Of a DNA stretch of 64,000 nucleotides, positions 38,242-46,755 are shown one piece after another. The translations under genes were made by a program, and so were the position numbers. Numbering within the stretch: position 1 is the first letter of the stretch; each line of letters begins with the position of its first letter. The notes under the pieces are model-generated. The model was not told the origin of the DNA. It searched no databases and saw only the letters and a list, made by a program, of their open reading frames with translations. This DNA comes from an uncultured Actinomycetota bacterium. Its GTDB lineage: Bacteria > Actinomycetota > Humimicrobiia > Humimicrobiales > Humimicrobiaceae. The stretch lies in the NCBI GenBank assembly GCA_964561115.1, contig CAZLOE010000004.1, positions 70-64,069 on the forward strand. Direction: 5' to 3'.

Positions 38242-39069
38242 ATGACCACACCAAAAAAAATACTTTTAATTTTGACCACAGCTGCGCTTTTTATTCTTTA
38301 TGGCTGTGGTTTGTATTACTATGATAATCATGAAGAAATTAATAAAGGTGAATCCGGAAGTTCATATAAAGATGATAATTTGACGGTAAAAGAAGTACTG
38401 GATGGAGATACTATAGTCCTTTCAGACAGCCGGAGGGTAAGATTAATAGGAATCAACACTCCCGAGCAGGGGATGTATTTTTTTGATGAAGCCAGAGAAG
38501 TCCTTGAGGCAATGGTTCTGGGTAAAGAGGTAATTTTAAAAAAAGACATATCCGAAGTGGATATATACGGCCGGCTGCTGAGATATATATTTGTGGGAGA
38601 TTTATTTGTAAACCTTGAAATGGTAAAAAGGGGATTTGCTAATGCATATACCTGTCCTCCTGATGTCAGATATACTGAAGAATTCCTGAAGGCAGAGCGG
38701 GCTGCAAGGTCAAATAATCTGGGTTTATGGCAGAAATCAAAAATCGGTTTGGTAAAAATTGATTTGAATTATGATGCAGATGGTAATGATAATCTAAATT
38801 TAAATGATGAGTATATAGCCATAAAAAATACCGGATGTGATCCGGTTAATATTTACGGCTGGACTGTAAAAGACAGCGCGACCAATATTTATGAGTTTGG
38901 AAGTTATATTCTAAGACCTGATTCTGCTGTTTATCTTTTTACAGGAAGCGGCGAGGACGGGGAAGGTGAATTCTACTGGAAGAGTTCAAAACCTGTATGG
39001 AATAATGACCATGATACGCTGTACCTAAGAGACAGGGAAGGCCTGCTGATAGAGATATATAATTATTAA
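38242..39069 (+). CDS. lipoprotein thermonuclease (SNase-like) with C-terminal lamin-tail domain
   Basis: Lipobox LYGC; SNase core (DGDTIVL..RVRLIGINTPE, YGRLLRY); C-terminal LTD-like 'EYIAIKNTGCDPVNIYGWTVKD'. Confidence 0.65.
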   Translation: MTTPKKILLILTTAALFILYGCGLYYYDNHEEINKGESGSSYKDDNLTVKEVLDGDTIVLSDSRRVRLIGINTPEQGMYFFDEAREVLEAMVLGKEVILKKDISEVDIYGRLLRYIFVGDLFVNLEMVKRGFANAYTCPPDVRYTEEFLKAERAARSNNLGLWQKSKIGLVKIDLNYDADGNDNLNLNDEYIAIKNTGCDPVNIYGWTVKDSATNIYEFGSYILRPDSAVYLFTGSGEDGEGEFYWKSSKPVWNNDHDTLYLRDREGLLIEIYNY

Positions 39070-40418
39070 ATTTTTTTGTTATTTATTTCTTCTTCAATGA
39101 AATGGGTGTGGATGTTTCCCGCTATGAAGTTTTTGTTCTTTATGATCTTTTTATAAAAGGGTATGGTAGTCTTGATCCCTTCTACTCTGAATTCTTCAAG
39201 CGCTCTGTTTGATCTGCATATTGCCTGCTTTCTGGTACTGCTCCAGACCACAAGTTTTGCTATAAGAGAATCATAGAAAGGTGAAACCTCACAATTTGAG
39301 CTTATAAAAGTGTCAACTCTTACGCCAGGTCCTCCGGGCAGGTAACTTTCCGTTATCCTTCCGGGACAGGGTTTGAAATCATCATCAGGATCTTCTGCAT
39401 TGATCCTGAACTCTATTGCATGTCCCCGGGGCTTATAATCTTCTCTTATATTTTTGATTTTCTGGCCGGAAGCAATCTTTATCTGTTCTTTTATCAGGTC
39501 AATACCGGTAACCATTTCTGTTACCGGGTGCTCTACCTGGATACGGGTATTTATTTCAATGAAATAGAAATGTCCTTTTTCATCCATTAGGAATTCTATT
39601 GTCCCAAGGTTTTTATAATTAACAGCCCTGGCAGCTCTTACTGCGAATTCCCGCATCAGACTGATTATTTTTGGAGGCAGGTTTACTGCAGGAGCCTCCT
39701 CTATAAGTTTCTGGTGTCTTCTTTGAATGGAGCATTCTCTTTCTCCCACACATATTACATGTCCGTAGTTATCGGCGATTATCTGAAATTCAATGTGTCT
39801 TGGTTTTGGTATATATTTTTCAAGGTAGACTTCGCCTATCCCGAAAGAAGATTCGGATTCGGATTTTGCTAGTGGGAAGTAAGAAGCCAGGTCTCTCTTG
39901 TCACTGCAGATCCTCATGCCCTTTCCCCCACCACCGAAGGAAGCCTTTATAATCACAGGATAGCCTAGGCGCTTTCCGAGTTTTAATGCTGCTCTTATAT
40001 TAGTCATATTGCCTGAAGACCCTGGGATCACCGGTATTTTGTTTTTTTTCATGACTTCTATGGCCTTGGATTTATTTCCTGCAAGTGAAATTGCTTCAGC
40101 CGGAGGTCCAATAAAAGTAAAATTATTCTGTTTGCAGGTATCTACAAATTCGGGATTTTCCGCAAGAAATCCATACCCGGGGTGAATTGCATCACATGCA
40201 GTATTTTGAGCTGCGCTTATTATATTATTAATATTAAGGTAGCTTTTAGCCGGTTGAGGAGGTCCTATACAGATACTCTTATCAGAAAGTCTGGTATGAA
40301 TGGAATCCCTGTCTGCTGTGGAGTAAACTGAAACACTTTCAATCCCTAATTCCCTGCAGGCCCTTATTATTCTTAATGCAATTTCTCCTCTATTAGCAAT
40401 GAGAACTCTTTTAAACAT
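39066..40418 (-). CDS. accC: biotin carboxylase (AccC / pyruvate carboxylase subunit A type)
   Basis: ATP-grasp biotin carboxylase motifs (FKRVLIANRGEIALR, GGGGKGMR). Its stop overlaps the nuclease stop (TTAA). Confidence 0.85.
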   Translation of the reverse strand: MFKRVLIANRGEIALRIIRACRELGIESVSVYSTADRDSIHTRLSDKSICIGPPQPAKSYLNINNIISAAQNTACDAIHPGYGFLAENPEFVDTCKQNNFTFIGPPAEAISLAGNKSKAIEVMKKNKIPVIPGSSGNMTNIRAALKLGKRLGYPVIIKASFGGGGKGMRICSDKRDLASYFPLAKSESESSFGIGEVYLEKYIPKPRHIEFQIIADNYGHVICVGERECSIQRRHQKLIEEAPAVNLPPKIISLMREFAVRAARAVNYKNLGTIEFLMDEKGHFYFIEINTRIQVEHPVTEMVTGIDLIKEQIKIASGQKIKNIREDYKPRGHAIEFRINAEDPDDDFKPCPGRITESYLPGGPGVRVDTFISSNCEVSPFYDSLIAKLVVWSSTRKQAICRSNRALEEFRVEGIKTTIPFYKKIIKNKNFIAGNIHTHFIEEEINNKKI

Positions 40419-40422
40419 ATGA

Positions 40423-42276
40423 CTATTTTTTATCTTTCTTTAAAATCATTAATACTTGATCAAATTCCACAGTATCTTCATTGGAAACCAGGATGTCTTT
40501 TATCTCGCCGTCATATTCGGATTGGACTTTATTCATCAGTTTCATTGCTTCTATTATAAAGAGGGTATCTCCCTTCTTGACTTTATCACCAACATTTACA
40601 AACGCGGGCGAGTCCATGCTGGATGATGCATAAAATGTTCCCACGATAGGGGATTTGATTTCTACAATGTCTGAAGGTTTTTTCTCTGTTGGTTGCGTTG
40701 CCTTTTCTTTAGCGGTACTTTTTACCTTTGAACTATATTTTGGGTTATTTATGGAAATTTTTACGCCCTCTACTTCAAGTTTGATTTCTTCTATGTTACT
40801 GTTTTCGACCATGCTGGTTATTTCTCTTAATTTCCCGGTGTCTAAATTCCCAAGTCTGGCCATAGGATCGACTCCGATTCTCTTACCGCTAAACCCGGAA
40901 CCGGTAAAATACAGGTTTTTCTCAGCTGCAGTTTTTTTCTTACCGTCTTTTTTCTCTTCAAGAAGCCTTTTGGTCTTTTCAGGGAAGAAACAATAACTTA
41001 AAATATCAGTTTCTTTATCAGAAAGGCCTTTTAACTCGTTTTTACACTGCTCATAAATATCTTCAACTTCTATGCTTGCCTGACTGTTTTCTTCATTTGA
41101 ACTATCTTCAAGTTTTTCAAGGATTTTTTTATCAACTTTTCTGGGCAGTTTGCCGAAGTAACCCCATATGAGTTTTTTTATTTCATCACAAAAGATATCC
41201 CACCTATGATCGGAGATTACTGTGTTTAATATTGCCTGGCTTCCGATGATCTGGCCTATGGGAGTGGAAAGTGAAGGGCTGCCTATTTCACTTTTTATAT
41301 TAAAAACTTCCTCCAATACGGAATCCACTTCCTTGGTCTCACCGATTTCCTGCAGTTGGTGATAGATACTTGAAATTAGCCATTTTGGGAGCAGGTTTTT
41401 ATTGGCATCGCTTAGAATGAATTTGGTGGAATACAGGTCCTGCTTTATATGAGGGTAGATATATTTCTTTATGTTTTCACCTAACTGGACGACTTTTGAA
41501 TAATCCAGGTCATGTGAGGTTTTTGTATTTTTTAGACTCAGGATATATGAAAAGACTGTGGAGTTGTAGTTGTTATAAGAAGACGGCAGTAGACTTAGAT
41601 CCACTCCACTGCAACCATTGCTGCAGGCTTCAAAATAATTCAGTATTTGAAGCCCTCTGAGGTCCGATGCGCTGAAAAATTTTGGTATCTTGATTTCACT
41701 GCTCAGGCCTGCAAAAAGCTGGGATGCTTTTTGAGGGAGCATCGTTGACTCAACATCTTTTATGCATATACTGTTGCATCCGTACTTTTTTAGTTCTTTT
41801 GAAATCTTTAGGTAGAAATTAATGTTTTGAAGGTCATCATATATTATAGTTCCCTGGCAACTGGCGCCGTTTTCAACTACTGTGGTTACAGTAAACTTTA
41901 AATTCTCAAGATCGTTTAGTGAATCATATACCCTGAATATGTCGATTCCGTTTTTTACACACTGTTTTACAAATATTTTTATGATATTTTTTGAATAAAC
42001 CTCGGGTCCTCCTAAATTTTTTGCCCCGATCAGTATCTGGAGAGGAATGGAGGGGATTTTATTTTTAATATAAGAGATAAGCTCCAGTGCTGTAAGATTA
42101 AGATTGCTTTCAAGTACTCTTTCAAAACTTGATCCGCCCAGTATTTCCAGACTCTCATATTTTGTGCCGTTAAAGCAGCCGAGGATTTTATTAAAAACCC
42201 TTGCATCTATATATTCCAGTTCCGTGTTTTGAAATATGTCTCGTATGGTAATGTCGTTTATTTTAATATTACTCAT
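40423..42276 (-). CDS. pyruvate-carboxylase-B/OadA-like carboxyltransferase (HMGL-like TIM barrel) + C-terminal biotinyl domain, with apparently degenerate metal site
   Basis: N-terminal ITIRDIFQN (cf. RDxHQS), IKDVES (carbamyl-Lys position). IPKFFSASDLRG sits where PC/OadA have IPxHxHTHDTSG. C-terminal biotinyl motif EAMKLMN. Confidence 0.55.
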   Translation of the reverse strand: MSNIKINDITIRDIFQNTELEYIDARVFNKILGCFNGTKYESLEILGGSSFERVLESNLNLTALELISYIKNKIPSIPLQILIGAKNLGGPEVYSKNIIKIFVKQCVKNGIDIFRVYDSLNDLENLKFTVTTVVENGASCQGTIIYDDLQNINFYLKISKELKKYGCNSICIKDVESTMLPQKASQLFAGLSSEIKIPKFFSASDLRGLQILNYFEACSNGCSGVDLSLLPSSYNNYNSTVFSYILSLKNTKTSHDLDYSKVVQLGENIKKYIYPHIKQDLYSTKFILSDANKNLLPKWLISSIYHQLQEIGETKEVDSVLEEVFNIKSEIGSPSLSTPIGQIIGSQAILNTVISDHRWDIFCDEIKKLIWGYFGKLPRKVDKKILEKLEDSSNEENSQASIEVEDIYEQCKNELKGLSDKETDILSYCFFPEKTKRLLEEKKDGKKKTAAEKNLYFTGSGFSGKRIGVDPMARLGNLDTGKLREITSMVENSNIEEIKLEVEGVKISINNPKYSSKVKSTAKEKATQPTEKKPSDIVEIKSPIVGTFYASSSMDSPAFVNVGDKVKKGDTLFIIEAMKLMNKVQSEYDGEIKDILVSNEDTVEFDQVLMILKKDKK

Positions 42277-42902
42277 TTTTTGATTTTGTTGAGATTTACA
42301 AGAACTACAGCTGTAATGACCTTAACCAAATCTATGATAAGAAAAGGCTGAGTTCCCAATTTCCAGGTCATTATTAGTACAGATGAAATTGATTGCGTGC
42401 TGTTTATTCTGTACAGATAGCTGAATAGATAGGCGAAACCGAAAAGATGGATCAGTGCCACTCCTGCAAGGCAGGAAATAAAACAGAAAGATAAATCGCT
42501 CAGGGAATAATCGACTTTTTTACTTAAGTTTTCATATATGTATCCTGTAATGAATGCAGCAGCTACAAATCCTACGACATAACCGACTGTAGGGCCGGTC
42601 AGAAATAGGGCTGCGTTTTTAAAACCGCTGAATACAGGAAGTCCCATAAGGCCCATAAGTATATATAAAGTCTGACTGGCAAGTGCCCACCTGCTGCCTA
42701 AAAAGAGGCCGGAAAAAATAACAGTTAATACCTGGGTAGTTATAGGGACCGGTGTAAAGGGTAAGTATATAAAAGAATTTGCTGAAATTACCATTAGAAA
42801 GGCAAAGATCAAAGCAAATAACAGATTAATGGCCGTGCTGCGGCTGTAAGTCTTTACTCCTGCTTTTGTGTTATCTACTGTCCTGGTATTATTTATATTC
42901 AT
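42273..42902 (-). CDS. bioY: biotin transporter BioY
   Basis: BioY blocks (PITTQVLTVIFSGLFLG, GLPVFSG, LTGPTVGYVVGF). Confidence 0.65.
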   Translation of the reverse strand: MNINNTRTVDNTKAGVKTYSRSTAINLLFALIFAFLMVISANSFIYLPFTPVPITTQVLTVIFSGLFLGSRWALASQTLYILMGLMGLPVFSGFKNAALFLTGPTVGYVVGFVAAAFITGYIYENLSKKVDYSLSDLSFCFISCLAGVALIHLFGFAYLFSYLYRINSTQSISSVLIMTWKLGTQPFLIIDLVKVITAVVLVNLNKIKK

Positions 42903-43105
42903 AAAGAATTGTTATTAAAATTTATTTTTTAAAAATGTATATAAAAGCTTTAAAGTCATTTAGGTAAGACGCTCCTGTATTTATAAAGTTTCACAGCAAA
43001 TCTTTACTTAAAAACCTGTTAAGGACCTAAATAGTGAAACTATTGGATTATACCCCCGTCTTTTTATAAAACTGGTACTATAAATTAATTACAATCGGGG
43101 GATCT

Positions 43106-44257
43106 ATGAAATATCTTTTAACTGAAGAACAAAAGATGATAGTGGACATCTGCCGCCAGATAGTGGATGAGAGAATAGTTTCTGTAAGAGCGGAAATGGA
43201 TGAGAAAGCGATATTCCCTGGGGAGATAATAAAGGAAATAGCAAAAAGCGACCTTTTCAGATTATTCATGCCCGAAGAATTCGGAGGCATGGGCACAGGT
43301 ATTTTTGAGATATGCCTTGCTACCGAAGAATTAAGCAGGGGTGACCTGAGTGTGGCTACTACTTATGCAGCATCCGGCCTTGGTGCTATACCAATAATGA
43401 TTTCCGGGAGTGTTGAACAGAAAAAGAAATACCTGCCGCAGCTTGCCAGTGGAGAGAAGCTTGCAGCTTTTGGGCTGACGGAGGCAGAAGCAGGAAGTGA
43501 TGTCGGCAATATAAGGACCACGGCTTTAAAAGAAAAAGATTTTTATCTCTTGAACGGTACCAAACAGTGGATAACTAACGGCGGGGAAGCTGATATTTAT
43601 GTTATTTTTGCCATGACCGATCCTAAAAAGGGAATAAGGGGTGCGAGTGCTATTATAGTAGAAAAAGGGACCCCCGGTTTCGAATTTGGGAAAAAAGAAG
43701 ATAAACTGGGAATAAGAGCTTCTGCCACAAGAGAGCTTATTTTTACCGATTGCAGGATACCGGAAGAGAACATACTGGATAAAGAGGGAATGGGTTTTAT
43801 AATAGCCATGAAGACTTTTGACCAGTCCAGACCTGTAGTGGGTGCTCAGGCGGTAGGAGTTGCACAGGCAGCACTTGAAGAGGCTCTGGGTTACTCAAAA
43901 GTAAGAAAACAGTTTGGTACTCACATATCTTCTTTTCAGGCAATACAGCACATGCTGGCAGACATGGCCATAAATATAGAGGCTGCAAGAGCCCTTGTTT
44001 ATCATGCTGCAAGGGTGATCGACAGTGGAGAAAAAAATATTTCAAGACTTTCTTCAATGTCAAAGATATTTGCATCCGATATGGCCATCAAGGTAACCAG
44101 TGATGCCATCCAGATATTTGGAGGATATGGTTTTATGAAAGAATATCCCTTAGAGAAGATGATGAGGGATGCAAAAATCACTCAGATCTATGAAGGCACC
44201 AATCAGATACTTAGAAATATAATTGCACTTGATATGATCAAAAGGGGAGTAATTTAA
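43106..44257 (+). CDS. bcd: acyl-CoA dehydrogenase (butyryl-CoA dehydrogenase-like)
   Basis: ACAD motifs (GLTEAEAGSDV, QIFGGYGF, YEGTNQI). Confidence 0.85.
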   Translation: MKYLLTEEQKMIVDICRQIVDERIVSVRAEMDEKAIFPGEIIKEIAKSDLFRLFMPEEFGGMGTGIFEICLATEELSRGDLSVATTYAASGLGAIPIMISGSVEQKKKYLPQLASGEKLAAFGLTEAEAGSDVGNIRTTALKEKDFYLLNGTKQWITNGGEADIYVIFAMTDPKKGIRGASAIIVEKGTPGFEFGKKEDKLGIRASATRELIFTDCRIPEENILDKEGMGFIIAMKTFDQSRPVVGAQAVGVAQAALEEALGYSKVRKQFGTHISSFQAIQHMLADMAINIEAARALVYHAARVIDSGEKNISRLSSMSKIFASDMAIKVTSDAIQIFGGYGFMKEYPLEKMMRDAKITQIYEGTNQILRNIIALDMIKRGVI

Positions 44258-44282
44258 GGAAAGTTCGGGAAGGGTGATCTAA

Positions 44283-45077
44283 ATAAAAATCGTAGTATGT
44301 ATAAAACAGGTACCTGGTACCACAGAGATAAGAATCGATCCCAAAACAAATACCCTGGTAAGGGAAGGGGTAGAGAACATAATAAATCCTTTTGATACTT
44401 ATGCGATAGAAGAAGGAGTGAGAATAAAGGAGAGGTTTGACAGCGATGAGGTGGAGGTAATAGCTATGACTATGGGTCCACCTCAGTCTGAGGAAATATT
44501 GAGGGAAGCTGTATCAGTGGGTGCTGATAGGGCAATACTTATTTCTGACAGGGTATTTGCCGGAGCTGATACCTGGGCTACTTCCACTACTCTGGCCAGG
44601 GCCATTGATAAGATAGAAGAATGCCACCTGGTCATACTTGGAAAGCAGACTCTTGATGGAGATACGGGCCAGGTCGGACCTGAACTTGCACACAGGCTTA
44701 ATATGCCTTTTATAGGATATGCCAGCAGTATACCTGAGATCAGCAGGAATAAAATGAAGGTAAAGCGGCTTATGGAAGATAGATATGAGACTTTTGAGAT
44801 AAATCTGCCTGCTGCAATATCTGTAGTAAAAGACATCAATACCCCAAGAGTACCTTCTCTGCGTGGAAAAATGAAAGCAAAAAACCTGCAAATACCTGTA
44901 TGGGATGCAGCCCAGTTGGGAACAAAGGAAGATGAAGTAGGTCTTTCCGGGTCTTATACCCAGGTGGTAAAGATCTTTACCCCTGATATAAAGCACGAGA
45001 TAAGGATACTTGAAGGCAGTACTGGGGAGCAGGTAGAACAGCTTTACAAAGAGCTTAAAGAATTAAATGTGATTTAG
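44283..45077 (+). CDS. etfB: electron transfer flavoprotein beta subunit; no canonical start codon (begins at ATA/ATC)
   Basis: The conserved N-terminus (M)KIVVCIKQVP is encoded as ATA AAA ATC GTA GTA TGT..., directly after an in-frame TAA (44280-82). An SD-like GGGAAGGG lies upstream. Confidence 0.7.
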   Translation: MKIVVCIKQVPGTTEIRIDPKTNTLVREGVENIINPFDTYAIEEGVRIKERFDSDEVEVIAMTMGPPQSEEILREAVSVGADRAILISDRVFAGADTWATSTTLARAIDKIEECHLVILGKQTLDGDTGQVGPELAHRLNMPFIGYASSIPEISRNKMKVKRLMEDRYETFEINLPAAISVVKDINTPRVPSLRGKMKAKNLQIPVWDAAQLGTKEDEVGLSGSYTQVVKIFTPDIKHEIRILEGSTGEQVEQLYKELKELNVI

Positions 45078-45094
45078 GATAGAAACTACTTTTT

Positions 45095-46300
45095 ATGGAA
45101 ATTAGGGTAAACGAGAAAACATGCACCGGATGCGGCCTCTGCAAAAAAGCCTGTATCTATGATGCTGTTGAAATAATAGACGGCACAGCAGTGATTAATG
45201 AAAATTGCGTGTTCTGTGGAGCCTGTATCGATGTCTGTAAATTTGATTCTATAGAGATTTCAGGTCTTGCTGAAGAAAAAAAAGATTTTTCAGATTACAG
45301 CGGAGTATGCGTATATCTTGAAGCAAGCGGCGGCAGGATAGTGGATGTAGGTCTTGAGCTTGTCAGTGAAGGCAAAAAACTTGCCGATCAGTTGAAAGTC
45401 CAGTTATCCGCAGTTGCTATAGGAAGCGGTATTAAAGAAAGTGCGCAGGAGGCATTCAAATACGGGCTGGAAAGGCTGTATCTTCTGGATAGTCCTGTTT
45501 TTTCTCAGAATTTAGATGATATTTATGCCAAAGCTTTGGTGCAGATAATAGCCAGATATAAGCCTGAAATATTTCTTGCAGGAGCAACTTGGTTTGGAAG
45601 GACCCTTATTCCAAAAGTAGCTGCCGTATTAAAAACCGGTCTTACCGCTGATTGTACCAGGCTGGAAATAGATAAAGAAAAGAAGATACTTCTCCAGACC
45701 AGACCGACTTTTGGCGGTAACATTCTGGCGACTATTATCACAAGGAACGCAAGACCACAGATGGCAACAGTAAGACCTCATGTAATGGAGAAGAAGAAGA
45801 TTGAAGAAAGCGGAGAAGATTACGGGGAAAGAATAGAATACATAGATATTGATGAGTCTAAGTTTAAGACTAAATACAAGCTTATCGGAACGGAAAAAGA
45901 GCAGGATGGAAATATAAATATTACTGATTATGATGTGGTTGTTTCCGGCGGCAGGGGATTAGGAGGTAGCGAAAAATTCTCCATGCTGGCCGAACTTGCG
46001 GATCTGCTGGGAGGAGTAGTGGGAGCATCAAGGGCAGCAGTTGATTCGGGCTGGATATCCTACCCGCATCAGGTAGGTCAGACAGGAAAAACTGTTAATC
46101 CCAAGCTGTATATTGCCTGTGGAATATCAGGAGCGATCCAGCATCTTGCCGGTATGCAGACGTCGGACATAATAATTGCTATAAACAAGGACCCAAGTGC
46201 GCCCATTTTTAAGGTTGCCAATTACGGCATTGTTGGAGATATTTTTGAAGTAGCCCCTATGCTGATAAAGAGGATAACCAGCGGAAAGCCGCTGGTATAA
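45095..46300 (+). CDS. etfA: electron transfer flavoprotein alpha subunit with N-terminal 2x[4Fe-4S] ferredoxin domain
   Basis: Two CxxCxxCxxxC(P/K) motifs (CTGCGLCKKAC, CVFCGACIDVC), then the EtfA FAD-binding domain. Confidence 0.8.
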   Translation: MEIRVNEKTCTGCGLCKKACIYDAVEIIDGTAVINENCVFCGACIDVCKFDSIEISGLAEEKKDFSDYSGVCVYLEASGGRIVDVGLELVSEGKKLADQLKVQLSAVAIGSGIKESAQEAFKYGLERLYLLDSPVFSQNLDDIYAKALVQIIARYKPEIFLAGATWFGRTLIPKVAAVLKTGLTADCTRLEIDKEKKILLQTRPTFGGNILATIITRNARPQMATVRPHVMEKKKIEESGEDYGERIEYIDIDESKFKTKYKLIGTEKEQDGNINITDYDVVVSGGRGLGGSEKFSMLAELADLLGGVVGASRAAVDSGWISYPHQVGQTGKTVNPKLYIACGISGAIQHLAGMQTSDIIIAINKDPSAPIFKVANYGIVGDIFEVAPMLIKRITSGKPLV

Positions 46301-46303
46301 AAC

Positions 46304-46585
46304 TTATTCTTTACCGCCTGATTCATCCTTAATAGCAGTTATCATCTGGATATTTTCTACATTTAAAAAAACAATATCATATTTACCGCTGATATTTACG
46401 CTGTCTTTTATTCCCTTTTCAAGAGGATACACTGTAGTATCTGTTACCGGAATGAATTTGTTAGACTGGGACCTTATAAAATCTATGATTCTGCTACCCG
46501 GCATAATATGTATATGACCGATCACTATAGAAGAGTTAGTCTTTATCTTAACATTTATTTCTTCTTTTGATACTTCTAATGACAT
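46304..46585 (-). CDS. hypothetical small protein (93 aa)
   Basis: Clean ORF convergent with etfA (3-nt gap); no family recognised by eye. Confidence 0.35.
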   Translation of the reverse strand: MSLEVSKEEINVKIKTNSSIVIGHIHIMPGSRIIDFIRSQSNKFIPVTDTTVYPLEKGIKDSVNISGKYDIVFLNVENIQMITAIKDESGGKE

Positions 46586-46755
46586 GCTACAAATATACCA
46601 TGATTAATTAAAAAATTTAACATATTGTTTGGTAAATTTAAAATTCTTGATTTTGGTTTGATATTGCTAAATATGGATTTGCTTATTGATGGATGTATTT
46701 AACATTATATTATTTTATGTTATATTAATTCAAATCAATAAAAATTTATATCAGG

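Noticed and set aside
42960-43050. Rex operator upstream of bcd
   Set aside because: Only isolated half-sites (TTTCACA; GTGAAAC) about 50 nt apart; no TTGTGAA-N6-TTCACAA palindrome.
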